Program-made: the position numbers and the translations under genes
In this document: in pieces, positions 9,493-19,227 of the stretch
How positions within the stretch are numbered: the stretch's first letter is position 1
How the letters are laid out: each line of letters starts with the position of its first letter
The notes under the pieces: model-generated
Told to the model about the DNA's origin: nothing
The model's input: the letters and a program-made list of their open reading frames with translations, nothing else
Databases searched by the model: none
Assembly (NCBI GenBank): GCA_040766895.1
Contig: JAXGPR010000002.1
Location: forward strand, 16,991-80,990
Origin: Anaerolineaceae bacterium
GTDB taxonomy: Bacteria; Chloroflexota; Anaerolineae; Anaerolineales; Anaerolineaceae
DNA: 64,000 nt
Reading direction: 5' to 3'

Positions 9493-10230
9493 ATGTCAGA
9501 CGATCAAGCAGCTCTGGATTGGAGACACATGCTTGATAAAAATGCCTCGAGCAGGTTTTATCAGAGCCTGCCGGCAAATTTTACTGATAAATTCTTACTA
9601 ACCCGTGCTCTGACGCATCGCTCCTATTTGAATGAAAACCGTTTGGTAGTAGAGGACAACCAGCGGCTGGAGTTTTTGGGCGACGCCATCCTAGCTTATA
9701 TTGTGGCGGAATGGCTCTACAATCATTTCCCTGAACAAAAAGAAGGCTTTCTTACTAAAATGCGTTCAGCATTGGTGCATACAGAGCAATTAGCCTTTTT
9801 CGCCCGAAAAATAGACCTTGGTTCCGCGCTACTGTTAGGTAGGGGGGAAGAACAAGCCGGCGGGCGTGACCGCACTGCTATCCTTTGTGATGCTTTTGAA
9901 GCTCTCATTGCTGCTATTTATTTGGGAACGGATATCCAAACGGTGAAAGATTTCTTTTACCCCATGATAGAGAGTCAAATAGACACAATTTTGCAAAATC
10001 ATACTGAAGAAGACCCGAAAAGCATTCTTCAGGAGTGGTCCCAAGCACAAGGGTATGCTTCGCCAGTGTATTTCTTGGAACGGGAAACTGGACCTGATCA
10101 CGACAAGGTGTTTGAGGTTTCAGTAAGCGTGGACGGAAAAGAACTTGCCCAAGGTGCCGGAGGCAGTAAACAATTGGCTGAAAAAGCCGCGGCTTCAGCA
10201 GCAATCCGAAAATTGGGTCTGCGAGAATAA
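9493..10230 (+). CDS. rnc: Ribonuclease III
   Basis: RNase III signature NQRLEFLGDAIL and a C-terminal dsRBD (GPDHDKVFEV...GGSKQLAEKAAA). The ATG at 9493 lies just inside the TTG-initiated ORF. Confidence 0.9.
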   Translation: MSDDQAALDWRHMLDKNASSRFYQSLPANFTDKFLLTRALTHRSYLNENRLVVEDNQRLEFLGDAILAYIVAEWLYNHFPEQKEGFLTKMRSALVHTEQLAFFARKIDLGSALLLGRGEEQAGGRDRTAILCDAFEALIAAIYLGTDIQTVKDFFYPMIESQIDTILQNHTEEDPKSILQEWSQAQGYASPVYFLERETGPDHDKVFEVSVSVDGKELAQGAGGSKQLAEKAAASAAIRKLGLRE

Positions 10231-10233
10231 TCT

Positions 10234-13200
10234 ATGCCAATCAAACTTGCATCGTTAGAGTTGAACGGCTATAAAACTTTTGCTCAGAAGACCACTTTTG
10301 ACTTCCCTGCCCGAATTACTGCCATTGTTGGCCCAAATGGTTCGGGAAAATCAAACGTCGCCGATGCGATTCGCTGGGTCTTAGGAGAGCAGTCTTACTC
10401 ATTGCTGCGTGCAAAAAAGACAGAAGACATGATTTACAACGGTTCAGACCAGCGCGCCCGAGCTGGAATGGCTTCCGTTTCCATCACTTTTAATAATGAA
10501 GATAATTGGCTGCCAATTGAGTATAGCGAAGTGGTACTCACCCGGCGGGCTTATCGAGATGGAACGAACGAATATCTGCTCAATAACCAGCGCGTTCGAT
10601 TGAAGGATTTTTATGAGCTGCTGGCGAAAACTGGCTTGAGCGAGCGAACTTATACAATTATTGGTCAAGGATTGGTGGACTTAGCTCTCTCAATTCGTCC
10701 TGATGAGCGGAGCAAGCTGTTTGAAGAAGCCGCTGGTATTGGGCTTTATCGCACACGCAAAGAAGAGGCTCTCAAACGCTTGGAAGCAACGCGGCGCAAC
10801 TTAGAGCGAGCTCAGGATATTTTAGATGAGATCAAACCACGCTTACGCAACCTGGAAAGGCAGGCAGTCCGCGCCCGGGAATACCTCACTATACAAGATA
10901 ACTTACAGAACAAACTACGTCTTTGGTATGGCTACCATTGGTATAAAGCTCAAGAAGAGTTCGCAGGTGCTAAAACACAGCTGAACACAGCTCAAGAAGC
11001 CCGTGATAAGATCCAAGCTCGTGTTGATACGATCCACGTTGAGGTTGGAGACCTTAAAGAAAAGCTTACGATGGAAAGGGACAAGGTAGGCAGGTTGCAT
11101 GAGCAGCTTGGCGCTTTCCATAACCAGGTGCAGGCGAAAAACCAACAAATTGCCATTTTAGAAGAGCGGGAAAGATCACTGAACCGAGAGAAAGATCAAC
11201 TCGAAAATGATCTTTCCATTTTAGTAGAGACGATTGAGTCTGAACAAAAAAGCCTCAATGTAATGCAGGCGGAGATTGACCAAAAAAACCAGGATTTAAT
11301 GCAGCTGCAAGGGCAATTCACCCAAGTGGAAGCACAACTCAAGGAAGCAAGAAGCAAAAAAGAAGCTTACGATACACAATATAAATTGTGGCAAAACCGT
11401 TTGATAAGTGCTGAAAAAGATGCAGTAGTCATAAAATCCCGCAAGAGTGAAATTGCTGAGCGGATAAAAACGCTGCAAAATAGCATAAATTCAAATCAAG
11501 CTACGGCGCAGAGCCTGCAAGAGGAAGAAGGAGGAGCAGTCCGAGCTCATGAGGCTTTGCTGGAAAAGCAACAAGCGCTTGAAAAAGATAGCAGCGCACT
11601 GGAGCAGAACCTCAAGGAATTATTGGAACAACAAGCTGATCTCAAGCACAAGCAGGAGCAGGTGAGCAGACAAATCAACCAATTAAACTTGGAGAGGAAC
11701 AAGCTTACCAATCAAATTGATCTGTTGCGGCAATCGCAGGAGAGCCTTTCTGGTTTCTCGGAAGGGGCGAAAGTTGTCCTGAAAAACCCAAAATTCAGGC
11801 AGCAAGGCAAGGGTTTTACTGACCTTGCCACCAAGTTAGAGGTCCCAGAAGTGTATGAAAAAGCTATTACGGCTGCCCTTGGTGAAGCAATTGATCTGCT
11901 CGTTTTAGAGGATGGGGAACTTAATGATGTGCTCCTTATGGATATTGCAGCAAGCGTCAGCGAGAAGGTTGCGCTTGCAAGCAGCGATGGTGACCAATCT
12001 AAGCAATTGGCGGAACTGCCACTGGATGATGCCATCGTTGGCGTAGCTGCGGAGTTAGTGAACTATCCGCAGCGATTGGCACCAATTATCCATCGGCTGC
12101 TTGGAGATTTTTTAGTAGTCAGCTCGATTGATAAGTTATTTCATCTTCCCCAAAAAATCCGTGAAAGTTACAACTTAGTTACGCTGGATGGTCAGGTTTT
12201 GCTTAAGAACGGCGTCGCCATTGTCGGAAATCAGCGGCAATCAGGCAAAGTAAGCTACATTCGCAGGTCAAAAGAGCTGGAAGCTGCGCTTGCTAAGGTG
12301 AATGCCGCTTGGGAAGAAGCTAAGAATCTAGAAGAAAAATACCAGCAAGAGAATCAGCAATATGAACACTTGCTTTTTGAAGCTCAAGCACGCTTGCGAA
12401 GTTTAAATACACAAACGCAACAACTTCATAAAGAATTGTCTGCAGCTGCAGTAGCCATCGATAAACTTAGCAGCCGTAGAAAGTGGATAGAGAATCAGAT
12501 CGAAGAAAGTCATCAGCAGATTTCTAAGTTGGAAGCAGATCGCCTCGTTCTCGATGAGCAAGAAGGTAAAAATCAATTAGAAATCGAAACGGCGCAATCC
12601 GAATTGGAAAAGGTAAAGCAATTGCTAGCAGAGCACTCTACGGAAGATTATGAGCACCAATTTCAGTATTTGCTGATGGAAATTAGGGTCGCTCAGCAGG
12701 CAGTTGAACATGAAGCCGCTACCCAAGAAGCTCTAAAACAACGGCTTGCTGAAGACGAACAACGGCTTCATCAATTGACCCAACGAAATGAGGACGCTGA
12801 TCAAAACCTCCGCGAGCTTAAGGAGCAGAGAGCAGAGCTAAACCAAGCAGTTGTCGAACTCAATAATCAGATTGGTACGCTAAAAACCGAACACTTAGAC
12901 AAACGCCAGCAACAACTTGCTCAGCTTGAATCCCGCTATCAGGAATTGCTCAAGCAAGAAGAAGCCCACCGCCAGGAGCTCAGCGCTACTGAGCATCAGC
13001 TTACACATTGCCAATTAGAGGTTAGCCGCAAGCAAGAAAGGTTGGACTCACTCCGGAATCGCATTGAAAATGATTTTGGACTTATTCAGCTGGAATACCA
13101 AGGAGAAAACTTTAATCCTCCACCGCTACCATTCCAGGATTTTTCGATAGATTCATTACGCTCAACGCCCACACCACCTGATACGACCGAAGAGGAAATA

Positions 13201-13845
13201 AAGGGACTCAAAGCGCAGTTACGCCGGATCGGTGTGGTGAATGTGGAAGCAGAGAAAGAATATCAAGAAACAAAAACCCGCTACGATAACTTCATCAGTC
13301 AGATCTCAGACTTGGAGGCAGCCATTAGTGACCTTGAAAGGATCGTTAAAGAACTCGATGAAGTTATGGAACGCGAGTTCCTCGAGACCTTTAAAGCGGT
13401 CAGCGCTGAATTTTCGCGCATTTTTACACGCCTATTCAATGGTGGATCCGCACGGCTGATTCTTTCGGATAATAACGCTCCATTAGAGGGAGGGATTGAA
13501 ATTGAAGCGCGCTTGCCTGGAAAACGCGAGCAAGGGTTAGTTTTACTTTCAGGTGGTGAACGCAGCCTTACGGCTGTGGCGCTTGTGTTTGCCCTTCTGA
13601 AAATCTCCCCAACGCCGTTCTGTATTTTGGATGAGGTGGACGCGATGATGGACGAATCGAATGTGGGTAGGTTTATTGATTTGCTTAAAGACCTTTCGAA
13701 TGACACCCAATTTCTTCTGATTACCCATAACCGTAATACCGTCCAAGCTGCTGATGTCATCTATGGAGTTACAATGGGGAAAGATGGCGTCAGTCAGGTG
13801 ATGAGCTTACAGCTTGAAGATGTAGATGACGTTTTCCTTAAATAA
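10234..13845 (+). CDS. smc: Chromosome segregation protein SMC
   Basis: 1203 aa with N-terminal Walker A GPNGSGKSN, long coiled coils, a hinge, the C-terminal signature LSGGERSL and Walker B CILDEVD. Confidence 0.95.
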   Translation: MPIKLASLELNGYKTFAQKTTFDFPARITAIVGPNGSGKSNVADAIRWVLGEQSYSLLRAKKTEDMIYNGSDQRARAGMASVSITFNNEDNWLPIEYSEVVLTRRAYRDGTNEYLLNNQRVRLKDFYELLAKTGLSERTYTIIGQGLVDLALSIRPDERSKLFEEAAGIGLYRTRKEEALKRLEATRRNLERAQDILDEIKPRLRNLERQAVRAREYLTIQDNLQNKLRLWYGYHWYKAQEEFAGAKTQLNTAQEARDKIQARVDTIHVEVGDLKEKLTMERDKVGRLHEQLGAFHNQVQAKNQQIAILEERERSLNREKDQLENDLSILVETIESEQKSLNVMQAEIDQKNQDLMQLQGQFTQVEAQLKEARSKKEAYDTQYKLWQNRLISAEKDAVVIKSRKSEIAERIKTLQNSINSNQATAQSLQEEEGGAVRAHEALLEKQQALEKDSSALEQNLKELLEQQADLKHKQEQVSRQINQLNLERNKLTNQIDLLRQSQESLSGFSEGAKVVLKNPKFRQQGKGFTDLATKLEVPEVYEKAITAALGEAIDLLVLEDGELNDVLLMDIAASVSEKVALASSDGDQSKQLAELPLDDAIVGVAAELVNYPQRLAPIIHRLLGDFLVVSSIDKLFHLPQKIRESYNLVTLDGQVLLKNGVAIVGNQRQSGKVSYIRRSKELEAALAKVNAAWEEAKNLEEKYQQENQQYEHLLFEAQARLRSLNTQTQQLHKELSAAAVAIDKLSSRRKWIENQIEESHQQISKLEADRLVLDEQEGKNQLEIETAQSELEKVKQLLAEHSTEDYEHQFQYLLMEIRVAQQAVEHEAATQEALKQRLAEDEQRLHQLTQRNEDADQNLRELKEQRAELNQAVVELNNQIGTLKTEHLDKRQQQLAQLESRYQELLKQEEAHRQELSATEHQLTHCQLEVSRKQERLDSLRNRIENDFGLIQLEYQGENFNPPPLPFQDFSIDSLRSTPTPPDTTEEEIKGLKAQLRRIGVVNVEAEKEYQETKTRYDNFISQISDLEAAISDLERIVKELDEVMEREFLETFKAVSAEFSRIFTRLFNGGSARLILSDNNAPLEGGIEIEARLPGKREQGLVLLSGGERSLTAVALVFALLKISPTPFCILDEVDAMMDESNVGRFIDLLKDLSNDTQFLLITHNRNTVQAADVIYGVTMGKDGVSQVMSLQLEDVDDVFLK

Positions 13846-13876
13846 GCTTCATAAGCAGAATTAATTCCAATTAAAA

Positions 13877-13908
13877 ACAAGAGGCTGACTCTTTAGCCAG
13901 CCTCTTGT
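13877..13908. terminator. Bidirectional hairpin between convergent smc and the PpiC-type isomerase gene
   Basis: acaagaggctg / cagcctcttgt stem with a 9-nt loop, flanked by A-rich and T-rich sequence. Confidence 0.6.
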
Positions 13909-13926
13909 AGATTAAGAAAAGGTTTT

Positions 13927-15306
13927 TTACTGTGACTCAGTTGTTGGGTTAAATACTGCGTTTTGCAATGAGCTTGGCACGGCTGGTGTCGCTGGAACAT
14001 ATTCAGTCCAATCCGGTTCGATTACGATATCTGTGCGGGAGTTGCGTAAATCTTGCAGCCAATTAATGAAGGTTGTCGTCTTGTAATTTTCAAAATCGGT
14101 CGCATTAAGGTAGTTTTCGCCTTTGGCAAGACATTGGATAATATGGTAACCGTATTCAGTTTTGATAGGGTCACTCACTTGCCCGGGTTCCAGGGCGAAG
14201 GCAGCTTCTTCAAATTCAGCTACCATTTGACCTTTTCCAAACCAGCCTAAGTCGCCGCCGTTATCCTTGGTGGCGGTGTCTGTGGAATAGTTAGCAGCTA
14301 AATTATTCCAATCTTCGCCATTCTTGAGTAATTCAAGGACGGTATTCGCTTCGGATTCTGTAGCGACTAGTATATGCCTGGCGTGCACCTGCAGTTGTTT
14401 AGGTTCAAGATCCGCGGTAATTGCCTCTTTGACTTTATCACGCAGCAACTGAGCTCGTATTGATTTCTCGATCACATCCGTTGGGATACCATAGATTTTT
14501 AGATTATCTTGATAATCTTTGAGGTTATTGCCAAAAATCTGTGTGGTGTAGACAGTTGGGGTAGGGGTAATCGTTGGCACACTCGTCGCAGTCGGTTCTA
14601 GGGTAGGGGTCGCATCAGTCGGAACTGGTTGAGAAGTTGCGGTTGGTGCCAGCGTTGGTGTTGATGTGTTTGTGGGCTCCCAACCCTCTGGAGTACTTGT
14701 TGCCGACGGAAGAGGGGTAGGTGTGTCGGTAGGTTGAATAATCGCTATTTCTGTTAGGGACATCGTGGGTGTGTTTACGGGGGTGGGTGTAATGGTAGGT
14801 GTTGGCGTCCCATTAGGATAGAAGTTAAATGCTTCTTGCATTGCTTGTGCAAGCTCTTCATCTGTGACGGTGATTCCGCGCTTGGCTGCTTCTTCCTCGA
14901 TCAAGATATCTTCAATCATGGTGTTTAGAACTTGTTCACCAACGGATGTCGGGTTATTAAGCGTAAGAACTAAATCCTGTGCACTGGTAAGGAATGACTC
15001 ACCATAGCTGCCAAACATTTGATAGTAATAGTAATAATTATCGGCTTGATTAATCATGTTCAAACGGGTGTATTTGACCATAGGTTCAAATTCTCGAACC
15101 TTAATGGTTTTTTCCCCGACCGAAGCAATTACTTTGTTTGGAGTAATCACATATCTATCGATGAGAACATAGCCAAGTAAAACCACCACAATTACAGTAA
15201 CTGCGATAGCTCCAATGAGGAGAAGACGCGTTTGTTTCGCCTCTTTTTCCTGTTTAGCGACATGCTTTTTAGTAACCTGCTTGGGTGGAACATTATTTTT
15301 GGCCAT
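13927..15306 (-). CDS. Membrane-anchored PpiC/parvulin-type peptidyl-prolyl isomerase with a Thr/Pro-rich linker
   Basis: N-terminal TM anchor, SurA-like N domain, and parvulin core HARHILV...GGDLGWFGKGQMVAEFEEAAF...YGYHII. Confidence 0.8.
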   Translation of the reverse strand: MAKNNVPPKQVTKKHVAKQEKEAKQTRLLLIGAIAVTVIVVVLLGYVLIDRYVITPNKVIASVGEKTIKVREFEPMVKYTRLNMINQADNYYYYYQMFGSYGESFLTSAQDLVLTLNNPTSVGEQVLNTMIEDILIEEEAAKRGITVTDEELAQAMQEAFNFYPNGTPTPTITPTPVNTPTMSLTEIAIIQPTDTPTPLPSATSTPEGWEPTNTSTPTLAPTATSQPVPTDATPTLEPTATSVPTITPTPTVYTTQIFGNNLKDYQDNLKIYGIPTDVIEKSIRAQLLRDKVKEAITADLEPKQLQVHARHILVATESEANTVLELLKNGEDWNNLAANYSTDTATKDNGGDLGWFGKGQMVAEFEEAAFALEPGQVSDPIKTEYGYHIIQCLAKGENYLNATDFENYKTTTFINWLQDLRNSRTDIVIEPDWTEYVPATPAVPSSLQNAVFNPTTESQ

Positions 15307-15318
15307 ACTGGATTACTC

Positions 15319-15594
15319 CTACGAATTTGAGTCGGACCACACGTCACCAGTGAAGGGGATGAGCGCGATATGACGGGCATTCTTAATTGCCTGAGCGATT
15401 TCACGTTGATGTTTGGCGCAAGTGCCAGTTTGACGACGGGGGCGGATCTTACCGGTCTCGTTAATAAAACGCATCAGTAAATCGGTGTTTTTATAGTCAA
15501 TCACCAGATTTTTATCGGTGCAAAACTGGCAATATTTGGGTTTAGAATAATAACGGCGGTTAGAGCCATTGCCATTAGATTTGTAATCGGTCAT
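15319..15594 (-). CDS. rpsR: 30S ribosomal protein S18
   Basis: YCQFC...[50 protein letters not shown] is canonical S18. Confidence 0.95.
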   Translation of the reverse strand: MTDYKSNGNGSNRRYYSKPKYCQFCTDKNLVIDYKNTDLLMRFINETGKIRPRRQTGTCAKHQREIAQAIKNARHIALIPFTGDVWSDSNS

Positions 15595-15605
15595 TTTTGT
15601 CCTTT

Positions 15606-15890
15606 CTATGCCTTTTTAACAATGATATAACGTAACACATTTTCGTTATATCCCAGGGAACGCTTTAGATTGGCGACTTCGTCTGGCTCACACTTGAAGT
15701 TAACACAGACATAATATCCCTCGTTCATTTTACGAATGGGATAAGCCAATTTGCGTTTCCCCCAACGGTCGACCTTGTCAATTTCGCCGTTGCTATTCTT
15801 GATCAAGGTTTCGATGTTTTCTACAATGCCATCCGTGGTGGCATCGTCCAGGTCTGCCTGGAGAATGTAAACTAATTCATATTCACGCAT
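15606..15890 (-). CDS. rpsF: 30S ribosomal protein S6
   Basis: [11 protein letters not shown]...[10 protein letters not shown] is canonical S6. It sits 11 nt upstream of rpsR. Confidence 0.9.
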   Translation of the reverse strand: MREYELVYILQADLDDATTDGIVENIETLIKNSNGEIDKVDRWGKRKLAYPIRKMNEGYYVCVNFKCEPDEVANLKRSLGYNENVLRYIIVKKA

Positions 15891-15960
15891 TTATTTGAGG
15901 CTCCTTTCCTCGGGTTTGCTCCTGTTGGTCGCCTTGGGCGGGCAGGAGTGGAAGGTATCA
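15891..15960 (-). promoter_or_regulatory. Structured GC-rich 5' leader of rpsF (possible S6:S18 autoregulatory leader)
   Basis: The minus strand reads ...CTCCTGcccgcccaaggcgaccaaCAGGAGcaaacccgaGGAAAGGAGcctcaaataaATG. A hairpin lies immediately upstream of the SD. Not verified against the known rpsF-leader covariance model. Confidence 0.3.
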
Positions 15961-16020
15961 GGTATTCCTGAATTTAACGCTGCTTAGTTTACCACAACAT
16001 TTTTACAATGCAAGTGAAAT

Positions 16021-16052
16021 CAGAAAAACAAATACCGGCCATTGCCGGTATT
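16021..16052 (-). terminator. Rho-independent terminator after the holin-family gene
   Basis: Stem aataccggc (16031-16039) pairs with gccggtatt (16044-16052). On the minus strand it is followed by TTGTTTTTCTG. Confidence 0.6.
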
Positions 16053-16078
16053 TTATTCTTTAAATGGGGCTTTCATGG

Positions 16079-16441
16079 TCAATCTTCGACTAAAGCCCGG
16101 CTGACCAAGGTGTTTACTATCGAGACAATAATCGAGCCTAAAAGAGCAGCCCAAAAGTTCTCCACGTAGAAACCGAAATTAAACCAGTTTACGGTAATTG
16201 AAGAGGCTAACATGAATACCGCTGCATTTAAGACCAAGCTGAATAAGCCTAAGGTTAAAATAATCATCCCACACGAGGCAACCTTAAGGAGGGGCAGTAA
16301 GGTGGCATTCAGCAAGGAAAGCACCAAAGCCATCACCGCATAAGCGCCCCAGCTACCTTCACTGACCTGAATCCCAGGGACTAACCATGCAGCTACCAAA
16401 AGTGCCAGAAAAATGGCTAACCAACGTGCTACAAATTTCAT
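16079..16441 (-). CDS. Small 4-TM membrane protein (phage-holin-4_2/DUF-type family)
   Basis: 120 aa and almost entirely hydrophobic. MKFVARWLAIFLALLVAAWLVPGIQV resembles the PF04020-type family. Confidence 0.55.
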   Translation of the reverse strand: MKFVARWLAIFLALLVAAWLVPGIQVSEGSWGAYAVMALVLSLLNATLLPLLKVASCGMIILTLGLFSLVLNAAVFMLASSITVNWFNFGFYVENFWAALLGSIIVSIVNTLVSRALVED

Positions 16442-16524
16442 CGTCTTATTCCTTTCGTTTTTAGATATTATCTTGCATGGTCATGATGGCTTCACTAGAT
16501 AATCTATCGATTTATAGCCAGAGG

Positions 16525-16597
16525 CGCCCTTGACAGGATTCGAACCTGCAACCAACAGCTTAGAAGGCTGCTGCTCTGTCCATTGAGCTACAAGGGC
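16525..16597 (-). tRNA. tRNA-Arg (anticodon UCU)
   Basis: Reverse complement GCCCTTGTAGCTCAATGGACAGAGCAGCAGCCTTCTAAGCTGTTGGTTGCAGGTTCGAATCCTGTCAAGGGCG. Acceptor GCCCTTG/CAAGGGC and anticodon loop CTTCTAA. Confidence 0.9.
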
Positions 16598-16629
16598 TTC
16601 CAAACTTATTGTATAACAAACTAGGCTAA

Positions 16630-17055
16630 TTATATAGGCTTTATTCCTCGATAAACTTTTCCGGAGCCTATCGTTCTAAGAATTAGATCTGCAGGTCGAT
16701 TAATGAGCTTAGAAAGCTCAACCGGTGTTAGCGGCTGATTTTGATTGACCAAAAAAATTTTAAAGATGGCATCGACTAAGGCAGTATTCTCAGAAAGAAA
16801 ATCGGGTTTGCGGGCACAGTGATTAATGAGCGTGTAGAGAAGAGCATCTTCTTTTGTAACCTCACCGGTCTGTGGATTGACCAAGTCAATTTGATCTTCG
16901 TAGCTAAAGTTTGCTAAAATTTTTTTATGTTCCTCGCAGAGAAAGGATTGGAGGTAGACTTTCCAGTTTTGGTCCTGATTTTTCCACCAATCAAAATCAA
17001 CTCTAAACTTCGTGTTTAGCGTGGGTTTGATTAGGCTTGAGAACTTAGAATCCAT
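16630..17055 (-). CDS. Hypothetical protein (141 aa)
   Basis: Clean ORF 11 nt downstream of the 531-aa ORF. I recognise no motif. Confidence 0.5.
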   Translation of the reverse strand: MDSKFSSLIKPTLNTKFRVDFDWWKNQDQNWKVYLQSFLCEEHKKILANFSYEDQIDLVNPQTGEVTKEDALLYTLINHCARKPDFLSENTALVDAIFKIFLVNQNQPLTPVELSKLINRPADLILRTIGSGKVYRGIKPI

Positions 17056-17066
17056 TTAATCTCCTG

Positions 17067-18659
17067 TTAGTCTGTTTCTGCCAAGTTGTAATAATTATCT
17101 CCAACATGAACAAATTCGCTGCTCTTCGATAAGACTGCTAACAGATCAAAAGGTGGTGTGCGGCGGATAACATTAATCGAGGCATACAAATCAATAAAGT
17201 GGACATGTCTCTGATTGTCTAGCTTAGAGAGCTCGGTCATCATGCGTTTTACGTCCGATTTCAGGCTGATATTTTTTGAGCGCCGTTGGTTCCATAAATT
17301 ATCTAGGGAAGCGACATCTGGGATAGCAATAGCCATGCGATCATGGATACCTGCGTAAATTGGTTGCCGCAACAACGCAATAACCAAACCACCATCGGCA
17401 CCGACCAGGACGGTTTTGATCCACTCTTTATTCGAGCGCTTTTTCTGCGGTACGATTTTTACGACACCAGGGTCTTCAGTGGCAGCAATTTCGATAATAC
17501 TCCCCGGGATGAGGTTTTGTCTTTCAAACCAATCACGCAAACCAAAGACATATCGATGCGGGCGAACGACCCAGGCAGAAATTTTTTCATCATTTTGTGC
17601 ATCCACGAGCGTAAATTTAACATGCTCTGTTTCCAAAGCTGTCGGGAAGATTTGGGCTGTCGCAGAAGTAATTGGGAGAGTACCTGTACGCCAATGGGGA
17701 TAGTTTAGGACAATAGATGTCTGGTTAATTTGTTCCTCGGGTTCTGGAATTTCGCTTAGGGTCAGCTCATCATTTAAGCTGAGGATCATCTTAAGCGTGT
17801 CCTCGGAAATTTCCGGAAGTTCTGTAATTTCAGTAACTTCAGGTTCAACCCTTAGATAAAGCGGCACTTCCCGAACCTCTTCAGGTTCGAAACGGCGTAA
17901 AAACCAGGCAATTTTGCCGCTTGTTCCAACCTCATCAAAGCGTGGATCTTCTTGCATCGCGTAGTTGAGAGAGAATTCTAAAAGCTTCAAGTTATCTGTC
18001 TGATCGAGTTCCATTTGCTTGAGCAACTCTTCAGGGCTCATCGGTCCGCCTTTTTGGGCATCTAATAAAGCTTCAGCGAGATTAAGGTAACCCTGGTTGA
18101 TATCGATGAGCAAAGACTTTGGAAACCATGTTCCACCAATGCGGACGATATCGCTTTGCTCTTCGAGCGCTACCCGCAGCTTCTTCCTGATATCTGCTCC
18201 ATAGGTCTTGAGCACCGTTTCGACTGTCTGATCATCGCTCGAATCAACTTTATTACGTTGGGTATTAAGGGGATGCTCTGCCAATTCAGCTGCAAATTCG
18301 CGCTTTTCACCGTCCTCGAATTCAACGGTGATTACCTTGAATTCCCCGATTTCAGGGTTGTTCCCCTGCCTGGCAGCACTAACTGTTCCGCTTTTCCAAT
18401 CCAAATGTGGAAACGTTATTTGTTCTCCGAGCGTGTATTGTTCTTTAGGGAGATAAACTTTGCCTAGGGTCTTCTGACGTTCTTCGAGCACTTTTCTTTC
18501 ATGTTCTAAGCGGTTATGGACGAGGATTCTGGCTAAACTTTCAATGGAAAGAGGGGTTTCTGTCTCAAAAAGGTAAGCCAGTAAATCTTGTAAGTCTGCG
18601 TCTGTAATCGTGAGATTTTTCCAACGCTCGTTATTTGAATTATTATGCGGTACTGCCAT
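17067..18659 (-). CDS. Hypothetical protein (531 aa from the ATG at 18659)
   Basis: Long ORF. The ATG at 18659 is preceded by GAGG 6 nt upstream. The upstream extension to 18770 is Cys/Tyr-rich and looks like junk. No recognised domain. Confidence 0.55.
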   Translation of the reverse strand: MAVPHNNSNNERWKNLTITDADLQDLLAYLFETETPLSIESLARILVHNRLEHERKVLEERQKTLGKVYLPKEQYTLGEQITFPHLDWKSGTVSAARQGNNPEIGEFKVITVEFEDGEKREFAAELAEHPLNTQRNKVDSSDDQTVETVLKTYGADIRKKLRVALEEQSDIVRIGGTWFPKSLLIDINQGYLNLAEALLDAQKGGPMSPEELLKQMELDQTDNLKLLEFSLNYAMQEDPRFDEVGTSGKIAWFLRRFEPEEVREVPLYLRVEPEVTEITELPEISEDTLKMILSLNDELTLSEIPEPEEQINQTSIVLNYPHWRTGTLPITSATAQIFPTALETEHVKFTLVDAQNDEKISAWVVRPHRYVFGLRDWFERQNLIPGSIIEIAATEDPGVVKIVPQKKRSNKEWIKTVLVGADGGLVIALLRQPIYAGIHDRMAIAIPDVASLDNLWNQRRSKNISLKSDVKRMMTELSKLDNQRHVHFIDLYASINVIRRTPPFDLLAVLSKSSEFVHVGDNYYNLAETD

Positions 18660-18826
18660 TCCGGACCTCATACATTTATTATTAGTGGCTGAATTATACA
18701 TGAAAAAGGCACAATATACATGTTTACAAGAATGCGTTAGATAATAGCTAGAAGCATTGCGCATAGCCATTATATAATAACTAAATTTTACATATAATTT
18801 GTTTACTAATCGTATCAGAAAAATTT

Positions 18827-19219
18827 CTACTTTACGAAAAATGCTATCAGGATGCCAATAAGCAGCCCCAGAAAAGAAGATACGACTAGCATAAATGCTT
18901 CCCCCCGCTTTATTTTTTGTTTAATTGCTTTTGTTGGGACCGTAGTGCCCAAATAGATGGAACTTCGTCCACCTCGCCTCTCAATTTTTATGGTTGGCTG
19001 AGAGCTTAGATCAACTTCTCTGGATTGCTGGGATAATATTGAACGGATTGGCTCAGGATCTATGACCTGTTGTGCACTCTGAGCCAAGTATTCCAATCGC
19101 ACTTCATCAGGAGCTGAAGGGGGTGGGGCAATCGCCTCTTTACGTTCATGCCCTCTTTTCCCTATTGGCAGCAATATATTCCAAAAATGGATTTCTAATG
19201 TTTTGAACAGGTTTATCAT
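18827..19219 (-). CDS. Hypothetical tail-anchored membrane protein
   Basis: 130 aa with a single C-terminal TM helix (FMLVVSSFLGLLIGILIAFFV). Second gene downstream of ftsZ. Confidence 0.45.
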   Translation of the reverse strand: MINLFKTLEIHFWNILLPIGKRGHERKEAIAPPPSAPDEVRLEYLAQSAQQVIDPEPIRSILSQQSREVDLSSQPTIKIERRGGRSSIYLGTTVPTKAIKQKIKRGEAFMLVVSSFLGLLIGILIAFFVK

Positions 19220-19227
19220 TCGGCTTT

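Noticed and set aside
13299-13760. 153-aa ORF antisense to the smc 3' end.
   Set aside because: It is nested in the conserved SMC C-terminal head domain (LSGGERSL, Walker B), so it is a shadow ORF.
18660-18770. N-terminal extension of the 567-aa ORF (MAMRNASSYYLTHSCKHVYCAFF...).
   Set aside because: The composition is AT-rich and non-coding-like. A GAGG-ATG start at 18659 gives a sensible N-terminus.
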